A stretch of 63,977 nt of DNA, filler included, from Bigelowiella natans CCMP2755 (lineage: Eukaryota; Protista; Cercozoa): NCBI GenBank assembly GCA_000320545.1. It is 8 parts of 8 records of this genome, joined end to end, with 100 filler letters (N's around TTAATTAATTAA, not from the genome) between each part and the next. Parts side by side here need not be neighbours in the genome. Positions count along the whole stretch, not along the records: positions 30,157 to 43,853 come from ADNK01001196.1; positions 43,954 to 55,741 come from ADNK01003437.1; 6 more parts are not named here. One strand, 5' to 3'. The notes below the pieces were generated by a model. It had not been told where the DNA came from. It was given only the letters and a program-made list of their open reading frames with translations, and ran no database searches. Every line of letters begins with the position of its first letter. The stretch's first letter is position 1. Shown piece after piece: positions 37,484 through 53,115 of this stretch. The translations under genes were made by a program, and so were the position numbers.

Positions 37484-38186
37484 CTAATGATGAAACACGT
37501 TCGCAATCAACTTTCCAATGTCCATACGGAATGATATTTCTATTCTATAGGAAATATCAGAATCGTAGCTTGCACTGGCACCACAGGAATGTGTGCTAGA
37601 ATTCGTAGTATAGGGCCTATGTGATGATTCAGATTTCCCAACAACGTAATCTGTAATTCTAACCATCATCATTATTTTCATCCATCATCATCGTCATCAT
37701 TTCTCGCCATAATCATCATCATCATCATCGTTTTCAGGACATCGTTGTTAAGCACATCTGTTTCGAGGGGAGTCACGAATTGTGTTGTTATTACATTGAG
37801 AGCCTCGTCGCACTTCTCGGCAGTGGTGTCCACATCAGGCGACTTGACACCGTGTATGTAGCCCATCATCACCGACTGCCCTCGGTGATGAATCTGATTG
37901 TGAATCAAAACCAAATGCAAATCAATACATATATATATATATATATATATATACATTATATGTGTGTGTTTCCATCAATCTTCTTGTTTACTCATTTCAA
38001 CAACTGGTAATATGCCACGACGGCGTATACGTTCATACCACGATGAGAAAAGGACTATCCACGCGCATGTGACGTTTTTTCTTCTGCCCTTCCCTCTTTG
38101 AAGATGCATCTCCCGACACAGTGCTACGATCGCTTCCCCCCTTTCGGCGGAGGATGTAACATATGTCAAACAACTTGGAATAAAAC

Positions 38187-38219
<33 letters not shown>

Positions 38220-38518
38220 ATAATCCCACACGAAAGAGATGTTACTTTGATTCAACAGCTACACAAACGACGTGATGTCTTCTTTAATGATGAGTGCTGT
38301 TGGTCCCCCCCCCCCCAACCCCCACCACCACCACCGTGGCAGCAGCGGCGGCAGTAGCAAAGTTCTAACAAATAACGTCTACTCTCTCTCTCTCTCTCTC
38401 TTTATCCCTCCCCCTCTCTCCCCATGCGTCTTGCCACGCAGGAGGTACATTAATGGCGCCGTCCGGGATCAGCTCTAGACTATTCCGCTGAATCATCCCT
38501 ACGATGCACAGAAGAAGA

Positions 38519-38556
<38 letters not shown>

Positions 38557-39370
38557 GGGGGGGGGAGAGGGAGAGAGGAGTAGTTGAGGGAGGAGCACGC
38601 AAGCGCACAGGAAATTTCTGGCGTTATATCTCATCATCGTCATCACATCCCCATCACCACTAGCAAAGGCAAATTCGTCGTGGTACTCAATATCTTCCGT
38701 AGAATGACAGTGAAACTAAGTTGTGGCACTATCGTACACTATACCAACCACAAACACACACACAAAAACACACACATAAATAGATAAATAGATAAGTAAA
38801 CGTATTTCTTTATAAACATTTCACACGCATGTATAATCCAGGCATAATTTAGAACCAGAAACATGCGCATTCTCGTGGGGTTCGCCAATAGCCGATCCCA
38901 GATCGGCTTCTTCCTCTTCAAATAACTTCACGACCGATGATGAGACAGCAACAGGTAGGGGGTGGAGAAGAGGGGAAAGGGAGAGAAAGATGAGACACCC
39001 AGATTACAGCAGGTTACTACACACCAACCTCCATCATGCTATTCATACAAATGACCGAGGAATGGACGAAGTGATTGGTGAGAGCACTTTCAAGTAAATC
39101 AAACACCATCGGCGACCAAAAAGTTGGCGGTCTCATGCCGGAGTTAGCAAGCCTACTTACCTCGCTGATGAAGAATCTTTTCCTCACAGCATGTTTGATG
39201 TTCCCTGGTGACGACGACGACGACGATGATGATCATGATGATGGAAGAGAAGATGGCAAGAAAGAAGCACACAAACAGCTGAGTTAGTAGCGCACATGGA
39301 GTGCCACTCATCATTTTCTCGGTGTGTATGTCACACATACGCACACACACATACGCACACACACACACAC

Positions 39371-39411
<41 letters not shown>

Positions 39412-40688
39412 GAGGGGGGGGGGTTGACAACAGGCCTGATACTAATACTGGAATACAATGATCACCCTGACCTCCCCCCCCCCCCCCTCTGCCTCTATCT
39501 CACCGGTCCATTCAACAGTCCCCATCGGGAGTGTGAGTTCGTCTACCACTTTTCCACGTGATCTATTCAAGTTCATCCGCTCTAGCACTTCATGCAGGCT
39601 CTACGTGATGCGGGTGGGTGAATGGGGGGGAAAAGGGAAAGGGGGGAGGGGGAAAAGAAGAGGTTATTATTATGGAATATTAGGAAGACAACCATCATCA
39701 TCATCATCATCATCGTCATCATCATCACTATTACCATCATTCCACTCCCCCTCCCTCTCCCCTACTTCTCGAAGTGACCTTAGGCTCCGATGCATTGTTT
39801 CCGTGCAGAATGTGCTCAAGGGAAGGGGGGTCATAGAGGTTTCGAAACATCTGTGAAACAGCAGGCTATGTGTGCTCATGTAGTAGTAGTAGTAGTAGTA
39901 GTACTATTACTACTATTAATAGCGAATAACAAATAGAGGACACATTTACCACGGAGTATGCCATAGATATGGTGCGTGTATCATATATACATGTGCTTGT
40001 TTGGTCTCTTACCATAACTTTGCTATCATCGTTATCATCATCTTCATCTTTCTTCCCACTGCGGTTGGCATCAGCTTCATCATCACGCTGCTGCTGCTGT
40101 CTTGCACTTCTCCTTTTTCGTAGCTCCTGCCGCCTCTTCTTATGACGTGGAATAGCGATCATAGCAGCCAGACCTGAGGGGGGGGGGGGGGGGGGTAGAG
40201 AGAATACAGATATCAAATCTATTGGTAGCTAAGACAACGATGATGGTGGTGATGATGATGATATTCGCAGCAACAACCTGAAGCAAATGGCACGTTCACA
40301 ACGAGCGCGTCCTTTGATGTGATATACGATAAACCCACTCCTGGTACACGAAGAGAGACAAAGAACATGAGGAAGAATGGGGGGGGAGGAAGAGAAGCTG
40401 AGGAATTGCAATATCTCTCGATAACACCATATTGTAATTAATAATGGATTGAAATGTCCGCAGCACAGCCCCCCTCTTGTCGTTGTGTAGAGAAAACATC
40501 AATGCTCTTGAGAGGAGGCAGCCGGCCTTTCAGATCGGGTTTTATCATCACCATCTTCTTCATCTTCTTCTTCTCATCGTGGCGAAGGCAGGAGCACCAA
40601 CCTCTGTGAGTCGTCATATAGCGGCATTTCATCCGATGCCTCTCCCCCACTCGAAACCAGCCGACAGGAAATTGACCAAGGCTGATGG

Positions 40689-40727
<39 letters not shown>

Positions 40728-42552
40728 CTATGAATGTTGTTGTTGTTGATGATGATGATGATGGTGATGATCGATCATAAACGAAATGAAGGAAAGCAAA
40801 GCTTCCCCAATTCTTAGAGCCCGCAATCATCGCCAATAAAGCGACGACCGACCATGATTCTTAGCCCCCGCGACATGACTTAGCAATGGCTTTCCACCAA
40901 CAAAATCATCGAAGATTCATTCTTCACACTTGTTCTCCTTCGCACGTATCCTCGTCAAAAGTATTATCCGAGCCAACCACAAACAACTCCACCTCGGATT
41001 ATACTACCTTGGGTTTTTTTGCATCGATGCATGCATTGGAGAAGAGAAGGCGTATTTCCAAGGCATTTTGAACGTCACCACACCCAGAAGCATGGATGAG
41101 ACGCTAGACGACAAGGAGCGGCCAAACAACCTGGCCACCTTTCCATTCGTTTCTGACATTACCCACCTATCAACCGCCATCATGCTGCTGCGGTCCCTTT
41201 GGAGGAGGAGGGGAAAGGGGGAGGGGAAAGGGGGAGGAGATAGCAACAAGAGAAGAGGAGGATACATAGAATCAGATATTAGAGCGACCTGTGGAGATAG
41301 TGTGTGCAAAACCGCTGTTATTTATTAGAGTGAAGAGGGGGGAGCGACGGGGGGGGGGGGGAATCGACGAGAGATGAAGCATGGTTGGAAAACAAGTTAC
41401 TTGTGAGGAGAGCAATGTGAATGCTCCTGCTGGTTGTTTTTCTTCTGGTTCTTCTCCCCTCCCCTCTCCTTCCTCTTCTCTTTATACTGATCCACTGGAA
41501 AGTAGGAGTCCTCCTGAAATCCTGACGACCCAATCGTCGCCAGACAACGAATTCTCAAAAAACCATCAAAAGTAGCGCGTATCGTTCACCGAAAACATCA
41601 AAGAATGCACGGTGATGATACTGATCGTAACAAAGTCCTTTCAGAATAAGGACGTTCTTTAATTTACTGAGGGGGGGGGGGGGGGGGGGGGAAAACACTG
41701 TCGAGAAAGCCTTTGAAATCGTTGTAAAGAGCTCTTTTTCTGGTGTATCACCTCCCACGTGCCCCGAGACGTACGCGTTTACTGCATGCCCATACCTCGT
41801 TGAGTACCTGCATAGAAGATGACACAACGACAACGACGACGATAACGAGAAATAATCAATAATGGCGTGCAATAGACCGTCACGATATTGACGGTGATGA
41901 TGATGGTGAGTCGAGTTTGACTAACTTTCCGGGTAGCCATAGGGAGTGTGCAAAGCACACATCGGTCTTGCGTTTCAACTCCGCATCGACATCTGCATTT
42001 CCATTTCGGCCTATATGTATAAATGAGGTGTTGGGTGAGATACTTCTTCTTTTGCATCCTCAAAGATGCCATGATAGCATATTATTAACCGTATGATAAT
42101 GTAGAAAACATATCCTCAAAGATGTCGTAGCTTTCCAGGTCATGGTCGTCAATGTCCCCTAAGAACTCCTGATGATGGGAGATTATAGCGTGGCGACTAG
42201 TGAAGCAAAGACGGCATCGATAACACAACAGTACAACGCCAGCGCGGCTGTACGAAACACACACACACACGCGCGTGCGCGTGCGCACGCACACTCACAA
42301 ACACAGGTCATCTTCTTATACAGCCTCAAAATCGTAGGTAGTTTTCTTTTAATCTCACGATACGATAAGGCATTGACGACGACACAGTAGTATGCTTTAG
42401 TAATAAGGTGAGGGAGACGACCTGGATTTCATATTTTGTGGTAGAAACCGACGCTTCCTGTGCCATCAGGAGCATTGCGCTCACAGATAGCGGAGAGAGG
42501 AGAATCGTTCCTTCAAATTGGAAGAAAGAGTTGTTCAGAAATCATCTATATA

Positions 42553-42585
<33 letters not shown>

Positions 42586-43636
42586 TGATATGTTTTTCAC
42601 GTCTGATAAGAATGGAATGGCTTTACTGCCAAGCTAGAGAGGATAGAAGTGAGTAAATCAAAAAGTCTCTAGTATGCCTCTCTCCGCAAATTCGATCTAT
42701 CGTCTTTTTGCTGCGCCCCTCAAATCAATACATCGCGGCAAGTATAAATGATCATCATTAATAGTGCTGACCTGGGTTGTTGTTGGTGTTGGCGTTGTCC
42801 GAATTTGCTGTCCGTAGATGTTCCAATATGTCTATTCCTACCCAATTCAGGTGTCTTTGATCTGATGAGAGCCTCTGGTGTAGTCTTACGATGGGAGGAT
42901 GCAGAGGAAGAAGAAGAAAAACAAGAAGGACATCAACAACAACAACATTAAGAACAAGACGACAACATAAATTATTGCAACCTTCTACAAGGTCCCTTGC
43001 TTCCAACCCCCCACACCCCCTGCCTCTAACCAGTACATCGGCAGCCGTGGCGGAACAGCTGCAAAAGGGCTGCATTGCATTGTCTACCTCCTCTATGAAA
43101 TAAATCCCCTTGTCCTTGTTGTGTTCTTTGTTACACTACTGCTGCTACTACTACTACTATTACTACTACTACAACGACAACGACAACGACAACGACAACT
43201 ACCGTGTCAGTCGCATTGAGGAGCTAATTGGGTTGGTGTCCTCATCGATAGACTCAATGACTTCCAGCACAAGCGCATTCTGTGAAGGACAAGAAGGGGG
43301 GAGGGGGGGGGAGCGTACAATCAGTACACATACGCGCACAGTGGCGGTACTGGTGTTCTGTTCGCTGTATCGCCTTATTGGACAGCAAGTTAGACGTAGC
43401 TCTACTGCGTGCAACTACCACCACCACCACCACCTTGTTATTCCTCTTCTTGAGTGGCATTGAGGAGCAGACCTTTCCTGTTGGACGAATACTGGTGCTA
43501 CTTCTTGGGAGAGTCGTTCGAAGCTGTGTAACTATACGCCGGGCAATCTACAGCAGCAGCAGCAGCAGCAGCATTGGAGACATTATGCAATATATCATCA
43601 TATCGTACCCTGTCATGTCGATAGTAGATGATGTAA
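37484..43636 (-). CDS. Uncharacterised multi-exon gene, 5' end probably in gap
   Basis: More than 15 AG..GT-bounded open segments between microsatellite introns, e.g. NALVLEVIESIDEDTNPISS, EFLGDIDDHDLESYDIFEDMF, LKRKKPIWDRLLANPTRMRMFLVLNYAW. No family recognised. Boundaries are approximate. Confidence 0.5.
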
Positions 43637-43747
43637 AGCTGCACAAACAACTATTATGATTTATCGGAGTCGTGGAAGGAGAGGAGGGGGAATAATTCAT
43701 ACAACACCGTGTATTGCAATACGTTTGTGTTACGACGAAACGATTAA

Positions 43748-43786
<39 letters not shown>

Positions 43787-43953
43787 TATATATATATATA
43801 TATACTATATACTATAAATATGAATAATACCCGTTGCAAAAATTCATGGCCTTNNNNNNNNNNNNNNNNNNNNNNNNNNNNNNNNNNNNNNNNNNNNTTA
43901 ATTAATTAANNNNNNNNNNNNNNNNNNNNNNNNNNNNNNNNNNNNNNNNNNNN

Positions 43954-44674
43954 CCAAGTTGATACTGCGGTATGCGAATAGAGCTGGGGCCTTATTTGAA
44001 CATTTCACCAGCAGCAGCAGCAGTCAACGAACAAACGTGTAAGTTCCAAATGCATTTTCCAAAGAAACGATGATGTTCAATCAAAAGATTGATTTGACTC
44101 GTATCAATGTTTCCCTCACCTCTCCCAGGCCTATCCTCGAGGTAACAGCAGCAACTGCAGCCTGATTGGATCATAATCATCATTATCACCATCTTGTCGC
44201 CATCGTAATTGCGACATTTTCGGAATTGTCCAAAATAAAAGCAAAAAAGTTTGATAGTACAGAGGGGGGGATATTGCTTGCTGCTGTTGATAATTGCTGC
44301 ACACATAGGTTATTGCTATTGATAGGATAGGGAATATACGATGGTGTCCGTACCGCTACCACAACGGCTGCTAAATCATCTTGGCTACGAAGCCGGGAGG
44401 GGGGGGGGGGGGGGGAGAGAGAGAGGTTGCTCCAAGATTTTATATGTATTACGAAGATTGTTACTATTTGTAAATTACACTCACACACTACTAATACTGT
44501 TACCATCTCGAGAATACAAATGGATATCGCTGCAAGAACCTTCAACAAAGCAAACAAGATACAACAGTAATAACAAAGCAGCAAGCATAGAGTGATAATG
44601 TAGACATCATTATTGGATCACGACGACAATATAACTAAACAACAGCAACAGCAGTAAGTAAAACCATTTGTCCA

Positions 44675-44709
<35 letters not shown>

Positions 44710-44814
44710 ATGGGGGCGGGGGTAGATAGATTACTTCACATTCCTCATCGATACGGAGGTTGAGGTTGAAACTATGCAGTAAAGGGATTGGTTAGCAGAC
44801 AGCAAAATAATACT

Positions 44815-44850
<36 letters not shown>

Positions 44851-44970
44851 TGTCATGAAAAGTACTCATTATAATAGTGGTGGTTCAGCAGTTGTCTACA
44901 AACAGGAGGTGAATGAATGCAGGTATATACATTCTTTCGCAAGCAGAACACCTGCCATAATCGTCATCAT

Positions 44971-45002
<32 letters not shown>

Positions 45003-45856
45003 ATCCATGTATATCGTTTGTAAATTAGTGCTGCGCCGCATCTTTTTTAATACAACAGGAGAATGATTTACATCTGACACAAGATATCTTATATTTTATC
45101 GGATTGCAGGTGGGCATTTGTATAGTATATATCATTTTGTTAGATGATGAAAGAAGACACATTAGCTTTTACTACGTATGCATGTGTATGTAAAACAGCA
45201 AATGTTCTCTACTAATTTGACAGCAGCAGCAGGACTTATAAATAATATTGTGTATCATCATCATCATACTAGTATTACTACAGAATAAGCAATGTATGTG
45301 ACGTGTTTCTTCTTCTGCTACTGCTTAAAACGTTGTTTACTAGTTGTCTTCTTCTTCTTTTTCTTGTTCTTCTTCTTGTTCTCCTTGTTGATATACGTAC
45401 GTACGTACAACTCTCTCTCTCTCTATGTGCATGTGTGTGAGTATACTATTTAGTAGTACTACCTCTCAACAGTGCTTTGGTCCCATTTGTTGAAGAATTC
45501 CAAGGGTAAAGAATACTTATTAATAGTAAAGGAGGAAGATGAATACGATGATGATGATAATGATGATAATGATGATCATGATGATAACGACGAGCAAAAT
45601 ATTCAATAGTTCATTGAGTACTCCTCTCTCTCCTTCTCTCTCCCTCTCCTCTCTCTCTCTCTCTCTCTTCTTTCTCTTCTGTATATCTTGTGATCTGGAA
45701 TAAATAATGTACAAACGACTGCTCTCATTACAACTACAACTACATTAACAACTACAACAACAACTACAACTACAACAATAACAACAACAACTCCTCCCGC
45801 TATCACCACTGGCCGACAGCCTGTGTGTGCTATTTGTTTACTATTATTAATAAGAG

Positions 45857-45888
<32 letters not shown>

Positions 45889-45963
45889 CTGACAAAATTG
45901 TGCGACTTGTTTAAGAGCAACAGCAGCAGCTCTTGCAACTTGTGAGTCCGACAATCCTAGTGA

Positions 45964-46000
<37 letters not shown>

Positions 46001-46363
46001 CAGCAGGGAAGAAGAAGAAGAAGAAGAAGAAGAAGGAGGAGGAGGAGGAAAGAAAACATAAGCTGTTGTTGTTGTTGTTGTTGCTCACTCAATTTATTCA
46101 CTCAGCCGTATCATCTCTCTCGGTCTCTTTGTTTCTGTTTTCTTGAGCAGTATTAAAGTTATGATCGAAAAATAGTCGTTAATTGTCCTACTACTAAACA
46201 TAGCAATACTAGTATTTGCTAGTTCTAGTTACTAGTATTTACTACCATCGAATATCAAGCTTGCTCCAATATCCATCTTACGTATTAGTTGTAGTAGTTT
46301 CATAAAATTTAATTATAAAATGAAGAGAAGAAGATGATGATGGCAAGGAGAACAGGAAGATGG

Positions 46364-46395
<32 letters not shown>

Positions 46396-46580
46396 TTTTA
46401 TAGCCAACGATGACGTACAACCCTTTAAAGAAGAGAAAGGGGGTAGGTAGGTAGGTAGGTAGGTAGGTAGTACTATATTTTCACCATCATCATCTATGCT
46501 ACTTTTATTGTAAGGGTGCGCTTTCTTTCATCACAGTGATTGAGGCTACTTGTTAGCACCACCACCACCATTACCACCAC

Positions 46581-46611
<31 letters not shown>

Positions 46612-47174
46612 TTCGCATCTGTCAGCGACAATACAAGAACCACCACCACTCACTATCCTCTCTCCCTCCTTCCCCCACTATAATAATAATAATTATTACT
46701 ATCATTATTATTAATAAAACAACCAACAAAATCTTCTCGTTCTTCCAAGAGTAATAAATAATACGAGTATTTTATTCTTACCATTAGATCAGGATGATGA
46801 GATAAGAATCTTGCATATTGTCCTAACGTCATCAGCTTCATGTACCTGATAGTATTACCAGCAGCAGTAGTAGTAGAAGTAAGAAAAAATAGCAATAGGA
46901 GTCAACAATGTAGTAGTTATTATTGTTGGTAGTAGTAGCCTTAGTCTTTAATAGTAGCAGCAGCAGCACTAGCTGTGACATTTGTATAGAAGTTACTCTT
47001 CCTCTTGTTCTTCTTCTTCATCTTCTTCTTATGATGATGATAAAAATGATGATGATATGACATTTCTAGAAGTGTGGCGGGTTGATAGTATGGAACAAGC
47101 TCCCCCCAATAACCAAAAAGCAACAACTATACGACAATCAGTCCCCCATCACCATCACCACTACCACGATCAAT

Positions 47175-47206
<32 letters not shown>

Positions 47207-47331
47207 TATACATTCGTCAATTCTGATGTACATAGGCCAAGACTTTTTACTTTATTATACAACTACTACTACTACTACTACTACTACATTACACTGCTGC
47301 TAAAATACATTGTTTCTTCAGGTATCAACTA

Positions 47332-47363
<32 letters not shown>

Positions 47364-47427
47364 ACTTTATATTTGGTTCTTCAGGTAATTCTGGTAGCAT
47401 TTCAATCTGCACGTAAATAATAATACA

Positions 47428-47458
<31 letters not shown>

Positions 47459-47479
47459 TGTGCGTATGTATGTAAACAA

Positions 47480-47522
<43 letters not shown>

Positions 47523-48344
47523 CAATATCATAATCACCATTTGTAATAATATTAATTATAATATTATATAAGTAGTCCGTTGATAGATAGATAGCAAACA
47601 CCCATCATCATCATCATTATTATTATTATTATTATAATTTCTTATTACCATATTTCGAATCATGGATGTTTCATCAGTATCCACAGAATCAGCTATATAT
47701 CTGCAAGGAATTGTGTAAGAATAGCAATACAATGACATGGATAATAATGATGAGAGGAAGAGGAGGAGGAGGAGGAGGAGGAGGAGGAAGAAGAAAATTG
47801 TTATCATCGTCGTAAAAGATCCCGGTGGTGGTGGAGGTGGTGGTGAGATGTGTATGAGATGTGTATGACATGTGTATTATATGGCAAGACCGTAGTCCAA
47901 ATAGCATGGCTTCTAGAGCTCCCCATTGCTGTTTTTTGGTGGTATTATTTATTGGTGTAATAGTAGTAGTAGTAGTAAGTATGACATCTACTATGTATGT
48001 CGTACTACTACTACTACTACTACTACTATGTCAACAGCTATACTACTGCTACTCAACAATCTATACTACTACTACTACTACTACTACTACTATGTCAACA
48101 GCTATACTACTGCTACTCAACAATCTATACTACTACTACTACTACTAACTACTACTACTATGTCAACAGCTATACTACTGCTACTCAACAATCTATACTA
48201 CTACTACTACTACTACTACTACTATGTCAACAGCTATACTACTGCTACTCAACAATCTATACTCCATACATATATAAATATATGATATACGAAATCATAG
48301 TTGTGGCTTCAGCCATCTGTTTTTAAATCTCATTAGCAACATTA

Positions 48345-48382
<38 letters not shown>

Positions 48383-48450
48383 GTGTGTGTGTGGGAGACA
48401 AATACTTGATAGCCCATTGCTTCTCGAGTTGGAGAGTATTTTGGAATCTA

Positions 48451-48484
<34 letters not shown>

Positions 48485-48638
48485 TGTTCCTACGTTTCAT
48501 CATGATCGTGATCATCATTGTCGTTGTATTTGTTGTTTGATATGATTGGTTGGCTCTCATTGAATATTGTGAGTAGTAGTAATGTGATAAAAGAGAGATA
48601 GCAGTAGACTATATCGTGGTGAGAACAAAAGGGAAGCT

Positions 48639-48683
<45 letters not shown>

Positions 48684-49801
48684 ATCAAATAGACCGATAA
48701 TAGTCAACGTTCTTGAATATCATCATCATCAATTATCTATCATTTTCATCATCTACTCATCACCTCGGCGTGAATCATATCTATCAAGGTTTCAAGAACC
48801 TTTGTTAACAATCAACATGTTGATAGTTGGTGGTTGTAATAAGGGGGGGAGGCGGGAGGGCTGATTATGTGAGAATGATGATGATGATGATGATGATGAT
48901 GATGGGGAGAATGATGACAATGATGCAAAAAAGTCTAGATACAAAATGCTAATGTATTCATTTGATGAAACAACTAAATAAATGTGATGCTACTAATCCA
49001 TTATTACTACTACTTACATGCTTACATACTCACTCATTCACTTACTTACTTACTTACTTAACGATACCAACCAACCGTGTAGGATCCTAAGATCTCGCAT
49101 GCGTCTCGTAAGAACATCACTGTTTGGTATCTAATTATTATTTATTAACGGTATAACTAATGCCATCATCTTGTTCATATTTTAAACCAAAATGAATGAA
49201 GAAAATGAAGAAGAAGAAGAAGAAGAAGAAGAAGAGTATGTATGTATGTATGTATGTATGTGTGGTTGGTTGCCGCAACAATACAATACAATAAAACACA
49301 AACAAACCAAAATAAGCACATCATCTACCAATCAACCAATCAATCAATAAATCAACCTATTATTATCACCTGAAGGTTCTAGGATCATCTTCGGCTACAA
49401 TTAAACCACCATACCCAGTAGTAGCGTTGTTGTTGTTGATGATGTTGTTGTTGTTATCAATATTACTCATCATACTACTACTACTGCTGCTGCTCAAGTA
49501 GCTGCCGTTGTTCTCCATCATCGTTAATTCTAGCCCCCATTCATTACACAACACAAATCACAATATTATTTAAGTTGAAAGTTGAAACAACATAATAGTA
49601 GTAGTCTGCATAATAATAATCATAACGATCATAAACAATTATCGTACACAATCACATCATCCCTATTGTTATCATCATCACCATCACCGTTATTATTATT
49701 ATTATTATTATAATTATTATTATTATTATTTATGATTATTTCTGATGTGCCTATCGATGTGTGGATATTTATATTCATAAATGACAAAATATCTCCATAA
49801 T

Positions 49802-49836
<35 letters not shown>

Positions 49837-50114
49837 TATCCCACAACCCTATTATATATACTACGTACGTACTGTGGAAGATTATCGTCGCAGAAGCTGG
49901 TAGCTTACATAATCGAATCTGTAATGATGATGATGATGGTGATGATGATGGTGATGATCATGAGGAGGAGGTGGAGGAGGAGGAGGAGCGGGAGCCAACA
50001 ACGAGTGAATAAATGGTATGAAGGAGAAGGAAGAGGAGGAAGAGGAAGAAGATGGGAGAGGCAACGATGGTGCTGTGTTACAACTACTACTTGTTTCCGC
50101 TACTGGTGCTGCTG

Positions 50115-50145
<31 letters not shown>

Positions 50146-50253
50146 AACCGTCTCTTCAATTAGTCTTTTGTAGTATGGCCTGAGGGACAAGTAATACATG
50201 ATATATAGTGAATAGAAATATATTGATGGATTTATATTGTTAGATAGAGAGTA

Positions 50254-50286
<33 letters not shown>

Positions 50287-50804
50287 AGTGGTCTCTGGAA
50301 CAGCCTTACGCATTACAATGCGAGATATGCAACAACGACAATGAGGTGACCTGAAAATATAAGCCTTTCTTCGATGATTTGGATGCGAAAGTGCTTGTCG
50401 TAATGTGGACCTTTGACGATAAACACGTGCATCAAAACACATCATTTCTTTGATGGATCTGCCATGATTTATTGATTGCCTTCTGCCTGTTATTTACTTA
50501 CTACTTGGTGTTGTATACTTATCATTTACAAATCACATAATATCATCGTCATCATCTACTACCGACCAGAAATGGAGTGCTTTGCTTGCTATTATCGGCT
50601 CTTTTTGCTCTAAAACCTTGGTGATAATATGCATTATTGTCAATATAAATAATTCGTTGAAATAGATTATGCATGCAGCAGAGAGACGGAAGGGGAGGGG
50701 GGGAGGGAGGAAAATGAGTGAGAGACAACATAGGCGCAGAAGACAAGACGACGACTAAACTAAGATAGATGTGTGAGTATTATGATATATTTCTGATATA
50801 TATT

Positions 50805-50849
<45 letters not shown>

Positions 50850-50852
50850 TTC

Positions 50853-50885
<33 letters not shown>

Positions 50886-51278
50886 TTCTCACCGTCATAA
50901 TATTGGACACTATCGATAAGCTTAAGCTTCCTGTTGCGATAACTAATTCATGCCTGTTAATAGTAGTCATTGGAAAATAAATAAACGAACGAATGAAAAA
51001 TGATGTATAACAAAGTATAATCACTCTAATAACCATCATTATTATCATCATTATTATCATCATCAGCATATTGATTGTCGTAGTTTTTCTCGTTATAGGC
51101 ATATTAATAGCATCAGTTCTTCGTTTTTTGTCGTAGTGTTTCTCTCTGAAAAGTATGCTAGTTGATGAGTCATTTGGTGCTGCTAAGTGTTGTCAGTAGC
51201 AGTTGTAGAAGTAGTAGAAGAAGAAGGAGGAGGAAGAAAAGGATTCGATAATATGTGCTCTAAATATTATATTCAGCA

Positions 51279-51314
<36 letters not shown>

Positions 51315-51617
51315 TACTACAAATTGCAAAATAGATTAAACAGTATAGTGCTGAAAATGTAGGTGCGTGCGTGTGTATGAGTGTATGAGCTTGTGAAATA
51401 ATCATAATGAATATGATACAGTTACAGAGACAGTTACAGATGTAGAATCCAATCCAAGAATATAGATTAATTTATTGTTGTTGTTGTTGTTGTCGTCGTC
51501 GTAAGGTGTCATGTGGTGGCATACAATCAGCCGATTGAGGACTGTGACACGGAGACAAATTACCAATGTTGTCCTAGATCAACGATAAGGTTTCCAAGAA
51601 GTAGAGCCCTGCATTTG

Positions 51618-51653
<36 letters not shown>

Positions 51654-52200
51654 TCCAGGGGTCGGTTGGGGAGAATGTCCCTTCTAATCCTGCATAATAA
51701 TACGGCTCATCTTGCACATCATCAGTCACAACAAAAACAAGAAGAACAAGAACAAGAACAAGAAGCTACATACAGAAGGCGAATATCAAGCAAAAGTAGC
51801 AATAGTAGTAGGTAATAGTAGTAGTTGAAGTCGCAGTTGTTGTAGGAGTCGTATTACATCATCACCCAGTATCAATTATTTTTTGTCCTATTTCTTCTTC
51901 TCCTCTTCTTCTTCTTATTCTTCTCACGAATTCCTCTTTCATTGGTATCATCATCATCATTATCATCATCATCATCATTACTACTACTACTACCGATCAT
52001 AATCTTTTGCCCGGCATGCATCTCTAAAGGTAGTTCGTGCCTAGTGTATAATACCAAGTAGTAAGATGCAAGATAAGATCAGATAAGGACTACCAAGTAG
52101 TAACAGCAGCAGCAGCAGCAATAGTAGTAGTAGTAGTAGTAGTAGTAAGATGCAAGATAAGATCGATAAGGACTACGTGTAGTAACAGCAGCAGCAGCAA

Positions 52201-52244
<44 letters not shown>

Positions 52245-52246
52245 TC

Positions 52247-52321
<75 letters not shown>

Positions 52322-52709
52322 GACAGAGAGAGAAGAGAGGGGGGGGCGAGAAAGGTAGAGACATACTGCAGTTATTCCAGCCGCGATAGTATCCACAAGT
52401 ACTAAGTAGTGTTGTTGTTGTTGTTGTTGTTGTTTGCATGGTAGAAGTAATTAAGTACGATGATAACAGTAATAACAAAAAATAACACAAATGAAAGGAA
52501 ATGATAATTGTTAATCACACGATTGGTTGCTCTCCTATGAGACGATAATGATGACAAAGAGATAGATGACGAAGAGCGTATTGTTATAATAATGAGCTCC
52601 TCATCTCACTCTATAGACATAAATATAAGGTAAATGATAATAGTGATAACAATAATAATACCAATCACAAATAATATTATATCTTTCTCTATTTACCTAT
52701 CGAATACAT

Positions 52710-52746
<37 letters not shown>

Positions 52747-52986
52747 CAAGAAAGAGAGATCAAATCTACATTATCATCAACAATTGGAGGGAAACATCTG
52801 GAATGAAGAACAAAATCATAATAATCCTCTTCATTCTAGCAACCACTACTACTATTACGAGGACCCCTCCTCCTCTTTACACATGATCTATTTACTACCT
52901 TTGTTTTTATCCCTCATACAATCGTAGCGTGCCAATATCTAGAATTAGAACTAGCTAAGTATACTACCTTGTTACATCTCCCTCAC

Positions 52987-53061
<75 letters not shown>

Positions 53062-53082
53062 ATTTTATGGCTTAGTACTTCG

Positions 53083-53115
<33 letters not shown>

